This document shows, in pieces, positions 38,127 to 45,861 of a DNA stretch of 64,000 bases. A model generated the notes under the pieces. It did no database searches, was not told the DNA's origin, and saw only the letters and a program-made list of their open reading frames with translations. The number at the start of each line of letters is the position of its first letter. The stretch's first letter is position 1. Both the position numbers and the translations under genes were made by a program. This DNA comes from Candidatus Latescibacterota bacterium (lineage in GTDB: Bacteria > Latescibacterota > UBA2968 > UBA8231): the NCBI GenBank assembly GCA_965242865.1, contig CBDETK010000013.1, positions 832,001 to 896,000 on the forward strand, written 5' to 3'.

Positions 38127-38903
38127 ATGCCACCGCTAGCGCGTTTTGGTCTAGAAGGTAAAATCGTCGTCGTCACCGGGGCTGGCCGGGGGATTGGCCG
38201 GACGATTGCGCTCGAATGCGTCCAGTCGGGCGCGCACGTCGCCGTGGGCAGCCGCACCACGTCTGAGTTGGAAACCCTCGCGGCCGAGATCGAGGCGGGG
38301 GGCGGGCGGTGCTTTCATCACCCGCTCGACGTAACGGACGTCCGCGCTATCGAGCGTTTTATGGCCGCGGTCGTGGCGCACTACGGCCGGCTCGACGTGC
38401 TGGTCAACAACGCTGGCTACAACAAGGTCGGCAAAATCCTCGACTGCGACGAAGCGCGCTACGACTTGATCGTCGATGCCAACCTAAAGAACGTGTTTTT
38501 CTGTAGCCAGATTGCCGCGCGGCAGATGATCGCGCAGGGGGCGGGGGGCACCATCGTCAATATCTCGTCCCAAGCCGGCGTGGTCGGCGCGCCGGATCGC
38601 GGCCCGTACTCGGGGGCCAAAGGAGGCGTCAACAACCTGACGCGGACTATGGCCGCAGAATGGGCCGAGTATCAGATACGGGTCAACGCGGTGGCTCCCA
38701 CTGTGACCCGCTCGCCGCTGGCCGAAACCGCGATGCGCGAAAGCCAAGCCTTTGCCGATGCGGTCAAGACCAAAAACCTCCTGCGCGGAGCCTTGGCCGA
38801 GCCGGAGGAAATGTCGGCGCCGGTGATCTTTTTGGCCTCGGACGCCGCGTCGATGATCACCGGCCACACGCTGGTGGTCGATGGGGGCTGGACGATTGTC
38901 TAG
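38127..38903 (+). CDS. Short-chain dehydrogenase/reductase
   Basis: TGAGRGIG, NNAG, YSGAK, TGHTLVVDGG. Confidence 0.93.
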   Translation: MPPLARFGLEGKIVVVTGAGRGIGRTIALECVQSGAHVAVGSRTTSELETLAAEIEAGGGRCFHHPLDVTDVRAIERFMAAVVAHYGRLDVLVNNAGYNKVGKILDCDEARYDLIVDANLKNVFFCSQIAARQMIAQGAGGTIVNISSQAGVVGAPDRGPYSGAKGGVNNLTRTMAAEWAEYQIRVNAVAPTVTRSPLAETAMRESQAFADAVKTKNLLRGALAEPEEMSAPVIFLASDAASMITGHTLVVDGGWTIV

Positions 38904-39147
38904 CCAGCTATTGCGTTGAATGGCAGCAGGTTGCTGGCTAGGCTTTATCGCAATTCTTTAAGGGCCGCAGGGCCAATTCACTTAAAACAACGGGGCGTCA
39001 AGGCGAGGAAGTGCGCCGTGCAGAACCCGTGGGCGCGGCGACCATACCGAACAAACGCTCCCCAATGCCGCTGCCGTCAACTCGCGTTGTCCCAATCGGT
39101 TAAGCAACTTACTTTAGCAGACCATCGCTAGTACAAGGGGGCTTTGC

Positions 39148-41301
39148 TTGCTGAGACGCTTGCCGATTCACTACCTGCACCACCTCGCCGGGCGCGACGA
39201 CCAAGCCCTGCTCGCACAGCCCGGGGCTCAAACGCTAACCATGCGGGCGTTTTGGGTCGGGTCGTTTCTCAGCTTTTTTCTTGCCGTCGGCGCGCCATAC
39301 GGCAACATGATCATACGCGGTTCCTACATGGCCTTGGACTTCAGCACGCCGGGGGCCATTTTTTTGTTCTTAGTGCTCATCGGGCTGCTCAATGTGCTGT
39401 TCAAGGTCGCGGCCCATCCGCTGGGGGCCGTAGTATGGGCCTTGGTCTCGGGCGCGCTGTACAGCTCGTACTACGGCTGGCTGGCCCCCCTCGATCCGTT
39501 TGCCCCGGGGTTTTTCTTCGCCACCTTCATCCTCGCCTCATCCCTGCTCAATGCGGTCTGGGTCGCTTGCGGGCGGAGCTTGGTCCTCAACCGAGCCGAG
39601 CTGATTCTCGTGTACGTCATGCTGTTGATCGTCGCGGCCGTTTGCACCATGGGCCTGAGCGAACAAATTCTGCCGATGATCACGGCGGTGTTCTACTTTG
39701 CCTCGCCGGAAAACAAGTGGCGGGAAGTGCTCTTTCCGCATTTTTCGGCGCGCCCGGTCCTCGTGGCCGATGGGCGGGACAACAAGCCCTTTTACGAAGG
39801 GCTGACGCCCGGGGAGGAGATTCCCTACGCAGCGTGGGTCGAGCCTTTGGGCTGGTGGGCCGTTTTTCTCTTGGCCCTCTACGTGACCATGGTGTCGGTC
39901 GCGGTCATCGTCCGCCGGCAGTGGATGGAGCGCGAGCGCTTGCCCTATCCGATTACGCAGGTGGGAATCGCCATGGTGCGCGGCGAGGAGCGCGACCGCA
40001 AGATCAATGCCTTTTTTCGCCAGCCGGCCATGTGGGCTGGTTTTATGGTGCCGCTCGTTTTGGGCAGCTTAAAGGCCCTGCACCGCTACGACGCGGCCTT
40101 TCCGGTGGTCTCCCAGACGACGTGGATCCCCTTTGTCGGCAAGCAGACCTTGCAACTGACTGTCAGCTTTGCCATGGTCGGCTTTTCGTACTTCATCAAC
40201 GCCAACATCGCGGCGGGGATCTGGTTGTTCCACCTGTTGGCCAAGGTCGAAAAGGAGTTGTTGACCCTCGCTGGCGTGACGTCCGAGCAAAAAGTGGTCT
40301 ATGGCGTGGCGGACGTTTCCCTGATGGCGTACCAAGGGGTCGGCGCTCTGCTCGCCTTGGTCGGGGTGGGCTTGTGGGTGGGGCGGGAACACTTGCGCAA
40401 CGTGGGTAAAAAGGCCCTCGGCTTGGCCCCCGACGTGGAGGACGGGGACGAGATCATGTCCTATCGCGGGGCCTTTTTCGGGGCAGTGGGCGGGGTCGTG
40501 GTCATGTCGGTATGGCTGTGGGTCATGGGGACGCCGCTGTGGGTGGCGTTTGTTTTCGTGGTCTTGGCCCTGTGCGTGTTTCTCGGGTTGACGCGCATTG
40601 TCGCCGAAGCCGGCCTAGCGGTGGTGCGCGCCCCAATGACGGCCCCGGACTTGGTGATCTTGGGATTGGGAACCGACCTCGTGACCCGGACCGGCGTGTG
40701 GAACGCGTCGTTGGCCTATATGTGGGGCGCGGATGTGCGGGTGTTCGTCATGGCGACCTGCACCAACGCCCTCAAGCTCATCGAGGAAATGGAACCCCGG
40801 CTGCGGCGGCTGGTGTTTTGGGCCATTATTCTCGCGCTCTTCATCGGTGCGCTCGGCTCGTTTTGGATGATTTTCCATCTGGCCTATCAGCACGGCGGCA
40901 TCAATCTCAACGGTTGGTTTTTCAAGGGCGCGCCCGAAACCGCGTACCAAACCGCGTTCAGCAACATGGAGCCGGCCGGCGTTCACTGGCCGGGGCTGGG
41001 GTTTTTGGCCGGCGGGGGGCTGGCGATGGGGGCGATGATGTGGGCGCGGCAACGCCTGCCGTGGTGGCCGGTGCATCCCATCGGCTTTCCCATTGGGGCC
41101 AACGGCATGCTCAACTCGGTGTGGTTCAGCGTGTTTTTGGCTTGGTGTTTTAAGAAGTTGATCATGCGCTTTGGCGGGGTGGCCATGTATCGCCGCAGCC
41201 AGATGTTCTTTTTGGGGCTGATCTGCGGAGAGGTTTCGTGTAATGGAATTTGGTTGGTCATAGATTACTTCACGGGCAAAGTGGGGAACGTCATTTTTTA
41301 G
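39148..41301 (+). CDS. Polytopic membrane protein (DUF6785/DUF6784-like, OPT-related)
   Basis: Many TM helices; RRQWMERERLPYPI, TRIVAEAG, WWPVHPIGF; start uncertain (alternative ATG 39241). Confidence 0.75.
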   Translation: MLRRLPIHYLHHLAGRDDQALLAQPGAQTLTMRAFWVGSFLSFFLAVGAPYGNMIIRGSYMALDFSTPGAIFLFLVLIGLLNVLFKVAAHPLGAVVWALVSGALYSSYYGWLAPLDPFAPGFFFATFILASSLLNAVWVACGRSLVLNRAELILVYVMLLIVAAVCTMGLSEQILPMITAVFYFASPENKWREVLFPHFSARPVLVADGRDNKPFYEGLTPGEEIPYAAWVEPLGWWAVFLLALYVTMVSVAVIVRRQWMERERLPYPITQVGIAMVRGEERDRKINAFFRQPAMWAGFMVPLVLGSLKALHRYDAAFPVVSQTTWIPFVGKQTLQLTVSFAMVGFSYFINANIAAGIWLFHLLAKVEKELLTLAGVTSEQKVVYGVADVSLMAYQGVGALLALVGVGLWVGREHLRNVGKKALGLAPDVEDGDEIMSYRGAFFGAVGGVVVMSVWLWVMGTPLWVAFVFVVLALCVFLGLTRIVAEAGLAVVRAPMTAPDLVILGLGTDLVTRTGVWNASLAYMWGADVRVFVMATCTNALKLIEEMEPRLRRLVFWAIILALFIGALGSFWMIFHLAYQHGGINLNGWFFKGAPETAYQTAFSNMEPAGVHWPGLGFLAGGGLAMGAMMWARQRLPWWPVHPIGFPIGANGMLNSVWFSVFLAWCFKKLIMRFGGVAMYRRSQMFFLGLICGEVSCNGIWLVIDYFTGKVGNVIF

Positions 41302-41312
41302 GGTATGAGGTC

Positions 41313-41480
41313 TATAGCAATTCTACGTTATTCAAGACTGGATTCCCGCGTTCGCGGGAATGACGCCTGAATTCAAGACTGGATTCCCGCCCCGTGTCGG
41401 AGCACGGGGTGACGTTCTTGCGCGGGAATGACTCTTCATTATGAACATTATATGCGTTCAAATCATTTAGGGCTGCTATA
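41313..41480. mobile_element. Putative MITE-like element containing nested REP-like hairpins
   Basis: Imperfect inverted ends TATAGCAATTCTA / TAGGGCTGCTATA; two internal ATTCAAGACTGGATTCCCGC...GCGGGAATGAC units, the second with an inserted hairpin. Confidence 0.5.
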
Positions 41481-44400
41481 CATCGTCTGCGCGCTTGCGC
41501 TGACCGCCCACAGCGGTGGGGCAGGTGAGGAGGGCGTGCGCGAAACTGTGGCGTATCTGTCGTCGCTCGGCTCGCGGGTGAGCGGCTATCCCGGGGCGGC
41601 CGCCGCGGCCGATTACGTCGAGCGTCGCCTGCGCGCCAGCGGCCTAGCCGAGGTGGTGCGCGATTCCTTTGCAATCACCGTGCCCATCGATCGAGGGGGC
41701 GAACTGCGCCTCGCCGACAGCGGGGAACGCCATGCCCTCTACGGCCTGTGGCCCAACTTGGTCCGCACCCCGACCTTGCCCGCGTACGAGGGCGAGATGA
41801 TCTACGGCGGCGATGGCGAGTGGGACGATTACGCCGGCCGCGAACTCCAGGGCCGGGTGGTGCTGCTGGAGTTCAACAGTTGGAGCCGCTGGTTGCAGGC
41901 CGCTTCGCTGGGCGCTCGCGCCATCGTCTTTATCGAGCCGGAGGAGACCACGCGCAGTCAAGCGATGGCCAAGTACTCGACCGCGCCGCTGGACATCCCG
42001 CGCTTTTGGATTGCGCGAGCGGCCGGGCTGCGGCTCAAAGAGCGGTTGCTCCAGCGCCCCGCTTCCGTGGTGCTCAAGGGGCGCATGGACTGGCAGCGCG
42101 AGACCGCGTGGAATATCTGGGGCCGGTTCCCGGGCACGGACCCGGCGCGGGCCGACGAGACCATTGTCATCGAAAGCTACTACGACGGCATGTCCGTGGT
42201 GCCGGCCTTGGCCCCGGCAGCCGAGGTGACCGGCGGGGTGGCCGCGTTGCTGGCACTGGCCGAGCATCTGGCGCGTCACCCGCCGCGGCGGCCGGTCGTG
42301 CTGGTGGCCACGGGGGCGCATTTCCAAGCGCAGCAGGGCATTATCCACTTCCTCGAGCGCCACGCCCGACGTCATCCCTACTACGCCGAGCGGATGGAGG
42401 AGCCGCTCAAGCCCAAGCTCTTCATCGGCCTCGACCTGACGAGCCAATCGGCTGGGCTGGGGCTGTGGAACAATACGGACAGCTATGATCTCAAGCGGTT
42501 CTTCGTGCCGTTTGGGCGGCGTTTTACGGTCTATGCCGAGGAGGAAGCCGCTCGGTTGGGCCTAGCGCAGGAGCGGCCGCTGGCCAATGGAATCAGCCCG
42601 ATTCGCGGCATGGACTGGTCGACCTTTGTGCCGGGTGGGGTGTCGGTCAGTGGAATGCAGGCGTTGAGCGCGGGGATCGTCTCCCTGTCCGTGGCGACCG
42701 TCAATGACGCCCGCTACATCGTGGATACCCCGCTCGATACGCCCGAGCGGATGAATCTCGAAAATCTGGCCCGCCAAAGCCGCTTGCTCACCGCCATGCT
42801 GGCGCGGGCCATCAACGACGAGGCGTTGTTTGCCGAGCTCGAAGACTTTGGCCCGGTGCTCAAGGACCAATTGCGCTCGCTGCGGGTCAAGGTCCGCTCG
42901 TTCCCGCGCCGCAGCCAAATGCCCGATCGGCCGGTCGGCCACGCCTTGGTCGTGGTGGATCCTTGGTTCAAATCCCACAAGGGCGTGCGCCGGGCGCAGT
43001 ACCACCTCACCGACGGGCAGGGCGTCGCGGACATCGCTGGCTTGCGGACCGGGGCCTATCCGGTGGCGGCCTACCAAGTCGAGCCGACGACCGGCGCGAT
43101 CGCGTTCGCGCCCGATCTTTCGGAACGGGCGCAAGAGTTCAGCGGCGCGGTCGTGAACGGGTGGATGATCGACAGCAAAATTCGCTGGAATACCAACGAC
43201 CGCACCATCGTAGTTTTCCCCTGCATTGCGCGGCCGTTCTACAGCCTGATCGACCCGCGCTATCTGCGGTCGTTTGGCGAGATCAAGATCGTCGATCGCA
43301 GCGGGGTGCCGCCGCGGCAATTCGGGCTGGCGCGCGGGGTTGGCACGGGCGAGGCGGTCGGCGTGGTCTTTGGGCCGCAGGACGCGGACGCGGACGACGG
43401 CATCAAGATGATCATCGACAACCGCCTGCTCCTGCTCAACAGCGAGGGAGCGGAAAGCGAGGCCCAAGCGCGGGGGCGGGGCTACGTGTTGCGCGAGGAC
43501 TTGCTGAACCGCACCGGGATGCTGGCCGTTGAGGACATGTGGCAGCTCAACGAGGCGCGGCTGCGCACCTTGCGCGAACACGCCATTGAAAACCAGCGCT
43601 TGGCCCGGCTACACCAGCGCGGCAAGCGGCTGATCGAGCAGGCGCGACAGGCCGAAGAAGCGAGGGATTGGGAACGCTACGTCGGGCACGTGCGGGCCGC
43701 GCTCGGGGTGACGTCCCGCGCGTACCCGGAAGTGCTGGCTACGCTCAACGACGTCATCAGCGGCATGGTGTTTTTCCTCGCCTTGGTCATCCCGACCGCC
43801 TTTTTAGGCGAGCGCTTGCTGTTTGCAACGGCCGACATTCGCCGGCAGCTCGCCGGTTTTGGGGGATTGCTGCTGTTGGTGTGGATCGCGATTTCTCAAG
43901 TTCACCCGGCCTTTGCCATCGCCCATCCGCTGGTGATCTTGCTGGCCTTTGCGATCATGGCGATGGCCACGGCGGTCTTGGCCATGATCAGCGCCCGCTT
44001 CAATCGCTACATGCGGGCCTATCAAGCGCGGGAAGCCCACGTCCACGAGACCGACATCAGCCGCGCCAGCGCCGGCTACGCGGCCTTTATGCTCGGCATT
44101 TCCAATATGCGCCGACGCAAGCTGCGCACCGGGCTGACCTTGCTGACCTTGGTGCTGCTCACCTTTACGGTGCTTTCCTTCACCTCGTTCAACACGCAGG
44201 TTCGCTACATGGCCTTTGCCATGGACCACGAGGGAACCTACGAAGGGGTGCTGATCCGCGACCGCAACTGGGACGTGCTGAACCGCCCGACGCTCGACTA
44301 CGCCCGCTCCCACTTTGCCGCGGAGGGGGTCGTCGTGCCGCGCAACTGGTACGTCGCCTTTGACGACGAGCAGAAAAAGTACATCGAGATCAGCGGCGAT

Positions 44401-45861
44401 ACGTCCGTGGTGCGGGCGACGGGCATGCTGGGGCTGATGCCCGAGGAAGCGCGCGTCACCGGCATCGACCAAGCGCTGGTGCAGGGGAGCTTTTTTGCGC
44501 GGGCGGACGAGGCGGCTTGTCTGATGGCCGAGGGCATGGCCGCGGCGCTGGGCATTGGGCCGGCCGAATTGGGGGAGGCCACCGTCCGGGTGTTTGGCCG
44601 GGACTTGGTGGTGCGGGGCGTGTTCGATCCCGACCGCTTTGCAGCGGTGCGCGACCTCGACGACGAGTCCCTGACCCCGGCCGATTTCCAGATGTCGAGC
44701 ACCCAAGCCTTGGGGCCGGTCGCCGAGGACGATATGAGCATCGCCCTAGAAGAATCCGCGCTCGACATTCGCCCCTTCATCCACCTCGAAGCCGACAACG
44801 TCCTAGTCTTGCCGTACGAGACGTTGCGGGAGGCCGGGGGCACGTTGCGCTCGGTCGCGGTGCAGCTAGCCGATGGGGAGCGCGGCCAAGCATTGATCGA
44901 GGATTTTCTCCTGCGGCTGGCCATTACCCTGTTTGCCGGCCTCAAGGAGCCGGGCGAAGCCGCCGTTAAGGTCTTTTCCTACACCTCGATTGGATTGACC
45001 GATGTCGAGGGCTTGGGGGCCTTGGTGATCCCCATGTTTATCGCGGCGTTGATCGTGCTCAATGCGATGATGGGGGCCGTGTATGAACGCTTCCGCGAGA
45101 TCGGCATTTACTCGTCGGTGGGATTGGCCCCGCTGCACATTGCCCTGCTGTTTGTGGCCGAGGCCTGCGTCTATGCGATCATGGGCGTCACCTTGGGCTA
45201 TATTCTCGGCCAGAGTCTGGGCAAAGCCCTCATCGCGCTCGACCTGCTGCAAGGCATGAGCCTCAATTACTCGTCCATGGCGGCGATTGTGTCGTCCCTG
45301 ATCGTGATGGCGGTGGTTTTGCTTTCAACCATATATCCGGCCCGGGTCGCGGCCCGCACGGCCGTGCCCGATACGGTCCGCCGGTGGACGCCGCCAGCCC
45401 CGGACGGCGACCGCTGGGAAATGGAGTTCCCCTTTATGGTCAGCGAGGGGGAAGTGCGGGGCCTGTGTGGCTTTTTGGCCGGGTACTTCAGTGCCTATAG
45501 CGAGGATTCCATCGGCGACTTCTACGCCGAGAAGGTCCAGTTGGTCGCGGAAGACAGCGAGCGCGGGCCGGAGTACGCGGTGCAGCTCTTGCTGTGGTTG
45601 GCCCCGTTTGACATGGGGGTGAGCCAGTTCATGCAGCTCGAATTTTTGCCCACCGACGTCCAATCCGTCTATACGGTGGAGATTTACATTCAGCGGATCA
45701 GCGGTCAGGACACCTTCTGGCAGCGGGTCAACCACCGCTTTATCAATGGGTTGCGCAAAGAGTTCCTGCTCTGGCACACCTTGCCCGAAGAGTCCAAGGC
45801 CCACCATCGTCAGGTCGCCGAGCAGATGTTGGCCGCAACCCAAGCCGAGCCCGTGGAATGA
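41452..45861 (+). CDS. Large membrane protein: PA domain and M28-peptidase-like domain fused to an FtsX/MacB-like permease
   Basis: SRVSGYPG, ESYYDG, GGVAALL; ISNMRRRKLRTGLTLL and VYERFREIGIYSSVGLAP (FtsX/MacB motifs). Confidence 0.8.
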   Translation: MRSNHLGLLYIVCALALTAHSGGAGEEGVRETVAYLSSLGSRVSGYPGAAAAADYVERRLRASGLAEVVRDSFAITVPIDRGGELRLADSGERHALYGLWPNLVRTPTLPAYEGEMIYGGDGEWDDYAGRELQGRVVLLEFNSWSRWLQAASLGARAIVFIEPEETTRSQAMAKYSTAPLDIPRFWIARAAGLRLKERLLQRPASVVLKGRMDWQRETAWNIWGRFPGTDPARADETIVIESYYDGMSVVPALAPAAEVTGGVAALLALAEHLARHPPRRPVVLVATGAHFQAQQGIIHFLERHARRHPYYAERMEEPLKPKLFIGLDLTSQSAGLGLWNNTDSYDLKRFFVPFGRRFTVYAEEEAARLGLAQERPLANGISPIRGMDWSTFVPGGVSVSGMQALSAGIVSLSVATVNDARYIVDTPLDTPERMNLENLARQSRLLTAMLARAINDEALFAELEDFGPVLKDQLRSLRVKVRSFPRRSQMPDRPVGHALVVVDPWFKSHKGVRRAQYHLTDGQGVADIAGLRTGAYPVAAYQVEPTTGAIAFAPDLSERAQEFSGAVVNGWMIDSKIRWNTNDRTIVVFPCIARPFYSLIDPRYLRSFGEIKIVDRSGVPPRQFGLARGVGTGEAVGVVFGPQDADADDGIKMIIDNRLLLLNSEGAESEAQARGRGYVLREDLLNRTGMLAVEDMWQLNEARLRTLREHAIENQRLARLHQRGKRLIEQARQAEEARDWERYVGHVRAALGVTSRAYPEVLATLNDVISGMVFFLALVIPTAFLGERLLFATADIRRQLAGFGGLLLLVWIAISQVHPAFAIAHPLVILLAFAIMAMATAVLAMISARFNRYMRAYQAREAHVHETDISRASAGYAAFMLGISNMRRRKLRTGLTLLTLVLLTFTVLSFTSFNTQVRYMAFAMDHEGTYEGVLIRDRNWDVLNRPTLDYARSHFAAEGVVVPRNWYVAFDDEQKKYIEISGDTSVVRATGMLGLMPEEARVTGIDQALVQGSFFARADEAACLMAEGMAAALGIGPAELGEATVRVFGRDLVVRGVFDPDRFAAVRDLDDESLTPADFQMSSTQALGPVAEDDMSIALEESALDIRPFIHLEADNVLVLPYETLREAGGTLRSVAVQLADGERGQALIEDFLLRLAITLFAGLKEPGEAAVKVFSYTSIGLTDVEGLGALVIPMFIAALIVLNAMMGAVYERFREIGIYSSVGLAPLHIALLFVAEACVYAIMGVTLGYILGQSLGKALIALDLLQGMSLNYSSMAAIVSSLIVMAVVLLSTIYPARVAARTAVPDTVRRWTPPAPDGDRWEMEFPFMVSEGEVRGLCGFLAGYFSAYSEDSIGDFYAEKVQLVAEDSERGPEYAVQLLLWLAPFDMGVSQFMQLEFLPTDVQSVYTVEIYIQRISGQDTFWQRVNHRFINGLRKEFLLWHTLPEESKAHHRQVAEQMLAATQAEPVE

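Noticed and set aside
36412-38133. 573-aa minus-strand ORF
   Set aside because: Overlaps two well-supported plus-strand genes and has shadow-type composition.
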